From contig NC_043004.1 of assembly GCF_006345805.1 (NCBI RefSeq), forward strand, positions 83,638,001 through 83,702,000: a DNA stretch of 64,000 nt, read 5' to 3'. This DNA is from Octopus sinensis. Taxonomy: Eukaryota. The position numbers were made by a program, and so were the translations under genes. Position 1 is the stretch's first letter, and each line of letters starts with the position of its first letter. Of this stretch, positions 38,906 through 52,394 are shown one piece after another. Under the pieces are notes generated by a model. The model saw nothing but the letters and a program-made list of their open reading frames with translations, was not told the origin of the DNA and did no database searches.

Positions 38906-39812
38906 GATATAACAGAATTCATAAAGCTGAGAAAATTGAATTTCGTGGACGACATTCTGCTATATGTTTAGAATACAAATGTCCTTCCCGTCGTACTAAT
39001 TGCTTTATTGCAGTCGCGAGAGAGATAAAACATAAATACACATTTACTACCCCACACATCGTCTATCATACTATACGACAAGACGTGACCGAGAGCTGCA
39101 TGCGTCTTATTCGCCGAATGACTCCAATTCCTGAAGATGTCTCCGTTTGTCACACAATGATGCCAAAGAGAATCCATAGACGGAATCCTTATTTTGTCGC
39201 AGTCCACACATCAACAGTTAGTGTAACGGGTGACAATGTCTTTCGTGCTTCATGCAGAACTTCCCGGTACTTCTGTCAAGACACAAATTTCAAGAATTTA
39301 ATAAAAGACTGTAACAAGGTTGTTCCTTTGGAATAATACTATATGACAACGACGCGACGTCGATAAATGAACTTGCGATCTTACGATCCACTAAGCTACG
39401 CGCCTTTATGATGTAAAAGAATACATAAAGCTAAGAAAATTGAATTTCTGGGACAACATTCTGCAATATGCTTAGAATACAAATGCCCTTCCCAACGTCA
39501 AGTCACAAATTTCAAAACACAACAGAATAGAGCTTGAAAGAATTCCGGTACTCACTACTGAACGTTGCTTTCTCACCATTGTCCTTTTCTAAATAATTTC
39601 TTCCTACAATATCAATTTTTTTTGTTCTTTGGTGAATCCATATTAGATGCGTGAGTGCTATATTCTACGTGGAATCATTATTTCTCTAGATTTTTTTCTG
39701 TTTCTTTATCCTGGCTAATATATCTTGAATATTTTAAATGTTACTTATTAAAACAGCTGGAGTATTAAGAGCTATAGTTTGATAGTGATTCCTATGTTTG
39801 AAATTTTATTTC

Positions 39813-40233
39813 GGATCTTTTCGGTTTGAACGGCAGTTTTTTCTAGCGGTGTCATATAAAATTGTCACCCATAATTATGACCCTAGAATCAATCTATTGC
39901 ATTTCAATCTCAATTAGGGTTAGGGTTAGTTAGGGTTAAGGTTAGGGTTAGGGGTGGGGGGAAGGGTATCTTTTTTTCTTCACAAATTTAAATAAACCCA
40001 ATCTGTTTCTTAAACGTGGAGCATATTCATACGGCACAGAATGCTTTTTAACTCAATAAACGTCACTGAGTGATTGAAATTACAGAAATTGAAGAAAAGA
40101 AACAACAAATATCTTACAAACTATTGAATTTTCTCAATAAAGTCAAGAGAAAAAGATGTTTTGTAAACACATTCTACAAGTATACGAAGTTTAACATTTT
40201 TTAGTTACCTAGAAATTGTTAAAAACTGCCGTT
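39813..40233. mobile_element. MITE, copy 3 (opposite orientation, one TIR truncated), with (TTAGGG)n
   Basis: ggatcttttcggtttgaacggcag...ttagggttagggttagttagggttaaggttagggttaggggtggggg...aaaaactgccgttc. Confidence 0.85.
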
Positions 40234-40291
40234 CTCAGTGTTAATTTAATGTCTATAATATTTCTTTCTAAAATGTTCTTTCCTTTTAGTA

Positions 40292-40341
<50 letters not shown>

Positions 40342-40482
40342 TTGATTTAAAACTGTGGCTGCTATTTGTTTGTTGCTATGATATCTCAGAGGTCTTATTG
40401 TAATATTACCGAAACCACAATACTCTGAGAAAGAAAGGACTTTGACTAATTTCATCTGAATAGCTTGATTGTCATTCATTTA

Positions 40483-40883
40483 TACTCATTTACTTGTTTC
40501 AATCATTTGACTGCGACCATGCTGGAGCAAGGCCTTTAGTCGAGCAAATCGATTCCAGGACTTATTTTTGTAAGCCTAGTACTTATTCTATCGGGCTTCT
40601 TTTGCCGAACCACTTAGTGACAGGGACGTAAACGCACCAGCGTCGGTTGTCAAGCGATGTTGAGGGGACAAACAAACATATACACAAACATATACACACA
40701 TACATATATATACATATATACGACGAGCTTCTTTCAGTTTCCGTCTACCAAATCCACTGACAAGGTTTTGGTCGGCTCGAGACTATAGTTGAAGACACTT
40801 GCCCAAGGTGCCTCGCAGTGGGAATGAACCCAGAACCATGGGGCTATAAGCAAGGTATTTACCACACAGCCATCCCTGCGCCT
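40483..40883 (-). mobile_element. SINE family C, full length
   Basis: Aligns along its whole length to 22207-22623 and 50613-51029. Confidence 0.9.
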
Positions 40884-41189
40884 ATTCGTGGAATTTTTAG
40901 AAATTTTTGACTCGGTTGTGCTACGATGTGGATCTGTGCCTGTTCGTGAAAATTTCAGCAATACGAGTCGAGGCGTTATTCAATCTACACTAAGAAACAT
41001 TAAATAAATCCTGCATGCACGCACGCAACAGTTATGAGTTTTGATATCTGGAAATGTGTTGGAGCAGATCTATTAGATCTACTAATATTGTTAGAGTTCA
41101 TTGTAAATATCAAGCCACGGCTTTTATCTGTCTTGTTGGATATGGAGACAGTTTTATTTTTCTGTATGGCGGTAATAGTCTAAACCGCT

Positions 41190-41260
41190 ATGTTTCTTTA
41201 TTAGCCACACAGGGCTGCACACAGACGGGACACATTACAAAGTAGAGCTTAAGAAATCCT
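41190..41260 (-). mobile_element. Short Tx1-like 3' tail fragment
   Basis: Reverse complement ttgtaatgtgtcccgtctgtgtgcagccctgtgtggctaataaagaaa resembles the tail at 54968-55020. Confidence 0.4.
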
Positions 41261-43214
41261 TGAAGGATCGGGGTCAGACAATTTCCTTTCACTCACAAAC
41301 TCATACTCTTGTTTGACAGGGCTGGGGATATCTCAGTGCTACAATCATGCGTAGAACCGACTCGGTATAGTGCCAGACCCTCTACGTTCTTCTTGGCCAT
41401 TTGCATGCAGGGGCCTGTTCATTTTTTCACAGAGGACGCTAAATAACATGATTAAGTTTCACTTGGAAAATAATTCATGTGCAAATATATGTATGTTGGG
41501 TCAGATTTTCTATTAATATTTGATATTAATGTTAACTTTCCTAAATTCCCCCTAACTGCCATCGAATTTTATGGTGTTTCATTGAATTCCTTATGATTTA
41601 TATGCGTGTGGTTCGTTATTAGTTATCGCTTGTTTTGCCACCGTTTAATTATGTCCTGGTAGAGTTCATTCGTTTTGTCGGCCTTGTCGCAAATTCAGAA
41701 ATGCTAAGGTTATAGTATTGGTAATATTGTTGTTGTTGTTACTTCTGATAGTGATGGTAGTAGTGTTGTTGATGTTGTTGTTGTTATAGTGGTGGTGGTT
41801 GTGGTGGTGGCGGCGTTGGTATTGTGATGGTGTGTGTAACCGTAATACTTTTCGTAGAAAGAAATCATTAGTGTTTTCGTAACTGAATTACAGAGGTTAA
41901 TATATATATATAAAATTTCTATGAGGAATGGAGCAGCTTCATAACATAAAGTCGTGTTGCCTTGAGGTTGAATGTATTACTAATATATGTAAAAGAGAAT
42001 ATGTATATGATTGGTTGCCAATAATAATGTGTAGCCTGCCGGCGTTTTAATAATGGTTATTTGATGCTGATCATTCATAAGTGGTACACTATATATTTAT
42101 AAGTGACTCAGTAATATATTCAGCCGGAAGCAAATTTCTTTCCAAATATAAACTGCTGTAGATGAAATTATGCAAAGGCGTTTGAAACTGCTATGAATAA
42201 ATGTAAGTGGACTGCTGCTTATTGATTTGGGATCTTTGACACGAACCAATATATTTCTCAAAATTGCACTTTATTTGAAAGCTTCCTTGCGTTTCCTTAC
42301 TTTTAAAATAAGTTCCATACACTTTAAAATACTTTCGCTATAACAGAATTATGCACCAGTTATAAATATTGCTGCACAAATCGAAATACCGCATAATGTA
42401 ATGGAAACGAAGGAAATCTGCTTGGTTAGAGAACTGTTTTCAAAATGTTGAAGGTTCGTGCCCTATAATGCGGAATAAACATTATTTTAAATAGTCCTAC
42501 AGAGATCCATCTCAAACAGATGACGGGTTATTCGCGAGTGGAATGTCTTTAATCGTAATATTGCATGTTGAGCTAAATCTAGGATAAAAAACCTTGTCAA
42601 TAAAAGAAAATTCAGTATAGATTGGCATTTATATTTAAAATACTACCATGTAGAAATATCGTTTAGTTTCTAAGTGGTCACTGGATCTGTTCAAATTAGC
42701 AGCCAAAAGTCATCAGCTCACAAATTGCTCATCATAATGAAGAAGAGTACTAGAACATTGAATACTTATATATATATACTATGCAGACCAATGAATGGTA
42801 AATGCTGGAGCTGCTTTTGATCCATATCAGCTCAGTCAGAGATCAGAAATGAAGAAACAAAAATAATTACCAAATATTATTACTATCTGAGGTGCTATTT
42901 TAAAATTCTTCAGAACATAGAACGATAGCAACAGTGATAAACACACCTCAGTACCAGCCGGTAGTATGTTGCCAGATAATGGGTTTAATTTAATGTAGCA
43001 TATTATAGGTAATCCTTGGAGAAATACGAGCTTCAAATCTTTAATCATGATTCTATTTGATAACTGTCGATGAATATATGTCAAAGAATTACCGCTTTCT
43101 TACGTGATTATAGTTTCATGACACATACAAAAATTGTGAGAAAATAATGGAAATATTTACGTAAGAGCGAATTAAATATTTACGCTGTCATATTATCTAA
43201 CATCAGAAAATTCC

Positions 43215-43700
43215 ACTGAGGGCGACTGTTCCTTTCATCCTTTCGGAGTCGATAAATTAAGTACCAGTGAATATATTTGAGGCTTTGTGTCTTTAGCAGA
43301 AAGGATTATCTAAGGTGAGGAAAGGCGTTACTAGCATTCCATCCATCTTTATGATCTGAGTTCAAATTCTGCCGAAGTCGACTTCGCATTTTATCCTTCC
43401 GGGCTTCATATAATATATGTCATCTTAGTACTGAGATCGGTGTAATCGTCTTATCTACCCCGCTTGACCTAGCTAGCCTTCTGCCAAAATTTGAAAGCAA
43501 ATTCAGTGAGCTGGCATATTCGTTAACACACCGGGCAAAGTCCGCCTGTGTTTATGCTCTGAGTTCAGATTTTACCGAGGTCGACATTGCATTTCATCCT
43601 TTCGGGTTCGATATAATAAATGCCAGTTGAGCAGTGGGATCAATGTAATTGATTTAACCCTTCCCCCTAAATTTCTGGCCTTGTACCAAAATATGGAATC
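43215..43700 (+). mobile_element. Cluster of three degenerate family A SINE bodies
   Basis: The module g(t)cgact..cctttcatcctt.cgg..tcgat recurs near 43220, 43375 and 43578. Confidence 0.7.
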
Positions 43701-44250
43701 ATTCTCTAACGTGAAGCTTTTAATTGCTATTTTTGTCACCTCTGCGTTTAAATGCATTGAAGCGTAAACCTTTTATGGTTTTAAATGTCATTGCCGATTG
43801 CAGTAAAATATTAGTAGATTTTTGCAATGTATCATGTGGCCATTTAAAACAGATATTGGTATGTCTCGAGGAATATTTTCAGCAGTGCAGAAATAAAGAT
43901 ATCTTTAAATCATAGAAATGCGAATAATACAGCCCATTTTACAGTCGATGGGGCGACAACATTTCATTTTTCTTTTTACAGCGTCACATTGAATGGTTGT
44001 CATGTGAATCCAATGATGCTGTTGTAAATCTCAGCAACATTATGATTTTATATATTTATCGATTTTTTTTTTTAGATATTAATATTGGTATGGGTATCGA
44101 GATTATCAGTGAAATGAATGGAGAGAAGAGTTGTTACGTTGAAAGAAATCCTTAATCTTCTTTCACGATCACCTTTTTGATTATATTTTCCTTTTTACTC
44201 TGTAATGATTCTTGCGACGGCAACTGTATCCCTACTCAGATGTTAGTATT

Positions 44251-44703
44251 TTAACCCTTTAACGTTCGGATTGTGGATGCACAATAGCCTAGCGGTCGTA
44301 GGATCGTGGTTTCGATTCCGAGATCGGGCGTTGTGAGTGATTATTGAACGAAAACACCTAAAGCTCCACGATGCTCCGGCAGGGATTGGTGGAGAACCCT
44401 GGTGTTCTCTTTCACCACAAATTTCTCTCACTTTTTCTTCCTCTGTTGGCCTGCTCGCTTAGCCAGCGGGGTGGCGTCATTTGAAGGTGAACTTTCGGAT
44501 TAAACTATCAAATATAATGCTCATTTATTTACATTGATTAAATTGATCATGCATTCACTCATAATTCTAAGATTTTGAGGACTTGTTCGTTCATATCTAA
44601 AATGAAATTTTAGGGTAGGTAAGGCTGGATCTGGTTGGTTTAAAGATAAAACATGTAAAATATGTAGTCTAGATCTGGCCGGTTTAAAGGCTAAAGAGGT
44701 CAA
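44251..44703. mobile_element. piggyBac-like MITE (TTAA-CCCTTT...AAAG.G termini) interrupted by a SINE
   Basis: Left end ttaaccctttaacgttcggatt, right end tttaaaggctaaagaggtcaa (decayed AAAGGGTTAA). A SINE occupies 44273-44489. Confidence 0.55.
44273..44489 (+). mobile_element. SINE family B2, head-deleted and 3'-truncated, with a 12-bp flanking duplication
   Basis: Flanks are aacgttcggatt (44261-44272) and aactttcggatt (44490-44501). Confidence 0.75.
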
Positions 44704-45904
44704 CATACGTTGATCAGATTTCACGTATGCTTGCCTCCGTCGGTTCCTTATAAGCCAATTTTATGGTGTAACAATGTGTAGTGACACTTGGTTGTTTATT
44801 AACCGATATTATTGTTGTTGCTTTGATATATCGCATCACTGCTGCTGGATATGAATCCGAGGTACTTTTTGATGTGGTTTCTAGATAAGCTCCAGGCAAT
44901 GTAGCACATTCTTTTCGAATACCAGGAGCGGAGCCTGAGACTAAATTTTTATCTGGTGGCTCATGTGTAACAAGAAACAATGGGATTTGTTGCAGTTGCT
45001 GTAGTTTTTATCTATTGAAACATCCTCGGTAGAAAGCCGCTAAATACATTCACTGCCGCATCAGATGCAACTGATTATTTTGAAAGTCCATTAAATTCTT
45101 ATCGTACGTCCTGATCATTGAGATTTCATGGGTCCCCTTAGGCGAATGGTGTCTCAGGCTCGGTTTCTTACAGCTGTGAGCTGACCACTTACATATTCTG
45201 CATGGACTATCTTTAGGGTGATATTTATATTTTTTTTGTGCTTGTGTGTGTGCCTCAGCAAGTAAAAAAAAATCAAAAATTTCAGAATTGCTCTCTCAAG
45301 ATGACAAAATGAAGCAACCATAATAACTGTGATAGAGGAAGTAAAATCCCGGTGCTCAACGTTCGGCCCCTAAGACGAGGTGAAAATTTTCACCATACCC
45401 CATGGTGAAACCTGCGATATGTCTCTCGGTGAAGCTCAAACAACAGCCTGAGACCCATGGTCATTTTGATGGTTCTACTGGTTTCGTTTCGCATATTTTC
45501 TAATCTCTCAAAATGTAAACTATGCGGTGGCTCACTCTCACTCGAGTCTAAAAATTCTGCGTTTTCCCGTGAATCAGGTAAGTTGGGGTTATCTTTCTGC
45601 ATCCAAATTGAGGCTTAGATCCAGCGGTTCTCTTTTCTCTCTGAGGAGTATCCTCTCCTCATAGTTACCCTACCTTAGCGAATCGTTTCTGTTATTTCAG
45701 CGCTTATGACCTAATCCTGTTTCATTCCAAATGCGGGGATTATCTCCAGGTAAATCAATATATTTCGAGGCATTGTGTTGTCAATGTATTCTAATACAAG
45801 ATTTTGTGTTGATTTGTAGCACACCATCGCTTCCTTCCCACGTTTTAAATATCGCTAAGTATTAGCACTAATCTTCCTCAATCAACAGAGTATTATTGTT
45901 ATTT

Positions 45905-46060
45905 ACATTATTTATATTTGACGGATATTTGTCCTTAAATTGTTTGTTGTTAACGCAGCGTTTCGGCTGATATACCGTTCAGCCTTCATCAGGTGTCCTA
46001 GGGAAATTTAGAACCTGGGTTCTCATTCCTAAAGTATTTTTCGATATTATTGTTATTGTT
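45905..46060 (-). mobile_element. PLE-type pseudo-LTR fragment with hammerhead-like motif
   Basis: Minus 45952-45992: CTGATGA-A-GGCTG-loop-CAGCC-GAAAC-GCTGC-GTT. Stem I is not paired. Confidence 0.55.
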
Positions 46061-46742
46061 TGAGGTAGAAATGCGGAAAAACTTTTCATTGTTTTTCAAT
46101 TTGAAATATCAATTTATAACTTAATTGGCAACCTCCAGCTCGGTCATTACTGTGTACATGCTTGCATGTAGATGTGTGTATGTGTGTGCGTGTGTGTGTG
46201 TGTGTGTACGTGTGTGTTTGTTAATATCAGTGATGTTGTTTATCGCAATCCAAGTCGTTCTAATTGTTGAGAACCTATGTTATTTTCCGTCAGAAATTCA
46301 TTATTAATTGTCGAGAAATAACTGCATTTTACTAAGGAAGTGAATCTTGTTTTTCATTTCTCTGTCAAGTTTCATTAAACTGTTTTTAGCTTTCGTTCGA
46401 ATATTCAAAGTTTGTGTGTGTGATGGGGGAATTGAAATGATGCAAACATTTCATCTGTTTACGAGTGGTAGGTGAGGAAATATATTTTCTTCCAAATTAA
46501 AGGATGTTTCCTCCAATGAAGAATTAATGCAAGTAATTATATTTATATATTTTCCTGTTTACCAGGAATCTACGTCAATAATCTACGTCATGGGACAACC
46601 AAATTGAATACATCCGATGTCTCAATTAATAATGACGTTGAAGGTGTTAGTAGTGGTGGGTGTCGTTGTTCGGGATCATGATGGTGATGATAATAATGAC
46701 AGTAATGATAATAAAACTAGCAACAACAATAACAACAGCTGC

Positions 46743-46824
<82 letters not shown>

Positions 46825-46846
46825 TAATATATAATTTTTATGTATA

Positions 46847-46898
<52 letters not shown>

Positions 46899-46969
46899 AT
46901 TTTATATATATGTATAATATATATGTGTATATATATTATATATATATATGCATCTCTCTCTCTCTCTCG

Positions 46970-47021
<52 letters not shown>

Positions 47022-47288
47022 ATGCATACATATATACGTTGATGCAAAACTGTAAGGATATCTGTGTGTGTATGCGTCACGGCCAATTAAGGATATCTGA
47101 TTTAATCGAGGAGTGATTGAGGTTAAAATGAGATTACTGTAAGTTACCGAAAGTAAAATAATCAACAAATATAATTCGGTCTAATTAAGACGCTAGGGAA
47201 ATTGATATACATGCGAATGTGGTTATATGAGTACGTATATATGTGCTTGTGTGTGCTTGTAGAATGATAAGATCAATTTATAACTAAT

Positions 47289-47401
<113 letters not shown>

Positions 47402-47750
47402 TAACATATACGCGTAAATTTATGTATACGGACATATATATAAATGAAATAATAATAATGATAACAATATTAATAAAAATAAAAATAATAATAATAATAT
47501 TAATAATAATATATGGATAGAATTTATAAATATTCTTAAATAAGATTTATTAAATAAAAATAATAAGTCTATCGATGGATTATTATTATTATTATTATTA
47601 TATTATTATTATTATTATTATTATTATCGTACATTATATCTGCACAGCTTGGTACACCCCAAAAGAGTGCTAGTGCCTGGTCCTATCATTAGGCTACAGC
47701 CGATATAAGAAAATATGAGCTTTTACATATATGTGTAGCTTAATATATAC

Positions 47751-47840
<90 letters not shown>

Positions 47841-49396
47841 CAAATAAAAAATGGAGAAGAATAATAGTTGCTTTATCAGCTTTAGGATGTTGAAATGTTG
47901 ACTTATTTAATTACGTATGCATGTATGTATGTATGTGCGAATATATGTATGCATGTATGTATGTATGTACGTATGTATATATGTATTCGGAAAGAAGGCT
48001 TTCTAAAGTATTGCTTCGAATAAAAGGCTTTTGTATTGCTCCAGACCTGTCAAGGACTGAGTAACAGAAACTAACAGTAGTTCTTGTATGGCAATTCAAA
48101 GAGGAATTCGGGCAAGCGCTATTAGAGTTAATCGTGATAAGGGAGAAATGATAAGTGTTGCAACTAATGTTTTGTGTGATTGAGCGAAATTTGCTAGAAA
48201 CTGATATGCTATAAATATATACAAATAGTACTATTTGTCGTTTTGTGGTAAATGATAAAGCCGATGACAAAATGATGATGATGATGACTACGACGTTGAC
48301 GATGAGGAAGATGTTGATAATGATGATGATATTGAGGATTTTTTTAGCTGCTGATGGGTTTTGGTGATTTGTATGATCATGGTAATGATGACGTCTTTGT
48401 AGTGGAAGAATGAAAGAGAACAGAAATGTATGAGAATGGCGTTGATGGTAGAGATGGGAAAGATGATGATACTGTATTGAGGATTTGAATCAAAACCTTA
48501 GAGGTTTAGTAACCAGAATGAAACTGCACTTCTGTCAGCCGATGTATCTTACAATATCCCAACATATTAGAGTATGTTCTAGTTTTCTTTTATAATTCAG
48601 ACCATGACAGGCTTTTGTAAATAAAGAAACTGGTGCATTTTGGAAGCAAGAGTAACATGCCCTTTAAGTTAAACAAACACGTTACCTCAGTCGCAGATCA
48701 GCCTTCAGTTAAAGTAATCTCCGATGAATAGGGACAGAACATTATTCGCAACTCACACGCGAAGTTAACGTCTTCGCGTTTTGGTTAAGTAATTACGAAC
48801 TACATCGACTGTAGCACACCATGTTGCACTAATGTCAGGCAACAATGTAAAAATGTAGCTTTCGTAATATATTCCGATAACAATAAAAGTTAAACAACGA
48901 TGGTTTTGGTTTATTAAAGATAAACATGTAGTCTATCGTCATTAAAACCCACACGAACCTAACACGCAATGCATACTATAAAAAATATTCCATTCTTCAA
49001 TACACAATTAACACCATCTTATCAATACAAAATAATTCTCAATAAAAATAAACAGAAACAGCATCACAGCGCACAAAATGAATCTGGATTGATTTAGCAC
49101 TGATTAAAAATCTTACTTCAAGAATATTTAATATACAGTAATATTCAATAATACGAGTAACAAGTATTAGAAATCTATTCATTGTCCAGGATATAACTTC
49201 ATTCTAATCCGGCTCAATATTGTCGTAAAATTGATTGTTCTTCCACACTAGAGAAAATGTCATTGTCTACAGATGTAGACAGGAAGCATATTGTAGTTAG
49301 GTAGATTTCAAAAACATTATGTCACAAATTTGTAGGAGGTAGAGTATAACGGTTATAAATATGTGTACGTATATTTATATATAATGTATAATGGTC

Positions 49397-49429
<33 letters not shown>

Positions 49430-49520
49430 ATATATATATGTGTATATATATATAGAAACATGTATATATGTATGTAGATATATACATATATGTATGCATA
49501 TATATATATACATATATACA

Positions 49521-49596
<76 letters not shown>

Positions 49597-49654
49597 CATA
49601 TATATGTATATGCACATATATTTGTGCGTTTCATATATATATATATATATATAA

Positions 49655-51363
49655 AATTAGGGATAAAACCACTATTAGGCAAATCAACTGAAAATCATAA
49701 GCCAATACATAGAATTAATTAAATATAAATATAAAAAATATAAAATTCCAAATTAAAATATTTAAATTAAAGTTAAAATTTAAAAAAGGTTTTCCGATTC
49801 AAAATTTTAGTTATCATAAAACCTCGCTAAGCTAAGTATATATTTATATTTAAGATCTTTAAATTTTAATATTTTATAAGTCTTATGGTGTAATAATATT
49901 GTTTTTTATGTAAATATCGTTGTTTATGTAATGATCTAATTATCGTAATTTTCTATATAATTATTAGATTTTAACTTTAAGTTTATTCGTAAGAATTTAC
50001 TTAGCGATAGATATGTTGTTTGATAGCAAGTACACGAGTTGTTAAAGTTAGGTTTATATATATACAGGTATTAATAGCATTAACTGTAGTTTTAAATTTC
50101 TTATAATTATTATTTTAACTTATCTATTGTCTTTTTAAATTGATATTTGCTAGATTTATTATACCCATTGATAAATATATTTATTGTATTTATTTATAGT
50201 ATTTATTTGATACTATATAAGTACGAATTGATGATTTCTTTAAGTATTTTAAATATAAGTTTACTGAAAGTTATTATTTAGCCAACGACATATAAAGATA
50301 GTTAATTTGGTATTGCGTTCGTTTAAGATTGTTTGTTTGTATTTTTGTAATTAGCTATTTCATCTTTAAATATGAAAAAAATAATTTATTAGGTCTTTAT
50401 TATATGTGCATATATATTTATTTATAGAGATTATTTTAGATCTTAATTATAATATTTATATACATGTATATATATTTTCATTGATAATTTATATATTATT
50501 TAAATTTTATATTTTTAATAATATAATAGTTTTTTTGTAAAATATTTATGTAATTAGATATTGACTATTACTGATATTAGATTATTGGTGGGTTTCTTAC
50601 ATAAAAAATGAATACTCTTACTCTTTACTCTTTTGCTTGTTTCAGTCATTTGACTGCGGCCATGCTGGAGCACCGCCTTTAGTCGAGCAAATCGACCCCG
50701 GGACTTATTGTTTGTAAGCCCAGTACTTATTCTGTCGGTCTCTTTTGCCGAACCGCTAAGTGACGGGAACGTAAACACACCAGCATCGGTTGTCAAGCAA
50801 TGCTAGAGGGACAAACACAGACACACAAACACATACATACACACACATATATATATATATATATACGACAGGATTCTTTCAGTTTCCGTCTACCAAATCC
50901 ACTCACAAGGCATTGGTCGGCGCGAGGCTATAGCAGAAGACACCTGCCCAAGATGCCACGCAGTGGGACTGAACCCGGAACCATGTGGTTGGTTAGCAAG
51001 CTACTTACCACACAGCCACTCCTGCGCCTAAATTAAAATTAATATTTAACCTTATAATTAATGTTTTGATATAATCATAATCGTCAAGTTTCTAGTTTGA
51101 TAATAGAGTTTTTATTAGTAAAATTATATTACTTATTTCTTTAAAATATTGTTTAAATATTTCTGATTACTTATTAAAATATTACAATTAACCTGAAGAT
51201 TGACTGCAACCATAATTCGAATTATTATTGTTATTCGAATTGGTTACGGGCGTGAAACGATCGTAGTGTTTTTACTCTTTATCTCATATTAAACTTTTAA
51301 TACTTTTTGATAGTTGTATAATTTACAAAAAAAAATAAATAAATAAAATAATAATAATATTAA

Positions 51364-51394
<31 letters not shown>

Positions 51395-51603
51395 ATATAT
51401 ATATTAACATTTATAAGTTTAAAATGTTTAAATAATTTTTAAAATTTTAACTTTAATTTAAATATTTTAATTTGGAATTTAATATTTTTTATATTTATAT
51501 TTTATAATTTTTATAATCAATTTTTTTAATTAATTTTATTTCTACGTATTGGCTTATGATTTTCACTGTTTGATTTGCCTAATCGTGCTATTATCTCTAA
51601 TTT
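49655..51603 (+). mobile_element. Very AT-rich decayed PLE with inverted 5' terminus, 3' pseudo-LTR hammerhead and a nested SINE
   Basis: About 49655-49785 is inverted at about 51425-51603. aaacctcgctaag near 49820 parallels the 26550 copy. Motif CTGAAGA (51193-51199)...GAAAC-GATC-GTA-gtg (51254-51268). Confidence 0.6.
50613..51029 (-). mobile_element. SINE family C, full length, little diverged
   Basis: Clean head, CORE-like accatcttgggcaggtgtctt segment and tail. Its GC content contrasts with the surrounding DNA. Confidence 0.92.
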
Positions 51604-51704
51604 AATATAATATATATTTATACTATAAAATTACATATAATCCTAAATCTAATTTTTCCTGTAAGTTTGGCTTTACTCCCTAATATTATTATTATTTTTA
51701 TTAA

Positions 51705-51763
<59 letters not shown>

Positions 51764-52087
51764 TTACAGACGTATAATTCTTTTTCAGAATGAAATAAAA
51801 AAAACCAAGACTGTGAATGTATTAGAACATGTTAGATATTAGGGCTGTAAGACCTATTTATATATGTTCTAATATATTTACAACCTTGTTTTTTTATCTC
51901 ATACTGAAAAAAAATTGTATATACACACGCTGATATAAGACCTACGTTGGACTCCTTATTCGCATAATCACCGAACATGGAGTTTAACTATGGTCTATCC
52001 ATTGCACCTACTTAACATTACCTGACACCTTTGGGTCTTATTGACACCATTACCTCTCATAACCTCTAATGTATATATATATATATA

Positions 52088-52250
52088 GTTTACCCAAACA
52101 TGAAAACACAAAAAAACACAACAACGCGAAGACGTGGAACAAATATAGTATTATTGGACGCTCAGGAAAGAAGGAAGGTTTAACGTTTCGAGCGGAGCTC
52201 TTCATCGTAAACATAGGAGAAGGAAAGATCCGGAGAAGGGAAGACAGATA
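52088..52250 (-). mobile_element. PLE pseudo-LTR fragment with variant hammerhead
   Basis: Minus about 52178-52212: gttt-ACGATGA-A-GAGC-tcc-GCTC-GAAAC-GTT-aaac. Stems I and II pair; core positions 3-4 are non-canonical. Confidence 0.55.
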
Positions 52251-52394
52251 TATATATATACAGGAACATATATGCATGTATGTAGTCTCGGTGTGACTAT
52301 ATCTGTGCCTCATCTTTCTTTGGTTTTCATTCTGGCAGAAGCGAATACGTGTATTTCTATACTTTTGCCCTACATTTGGCATAAACTGGGAACA

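Noticed and set aside
45610-45670. PLDLS (CtBP-type motif) in a short minus-strand frame
   Set aside because: The frame is about 26 codons between stops, with no convincing splice sites.
49800-50560. Possible mitochondrial insertion, suggested by the extreme AT content
   Set aside because: No recognisable mitochondrial gene, rRNA or tRNA. The flanking inverted termini tie it to the PLE family.
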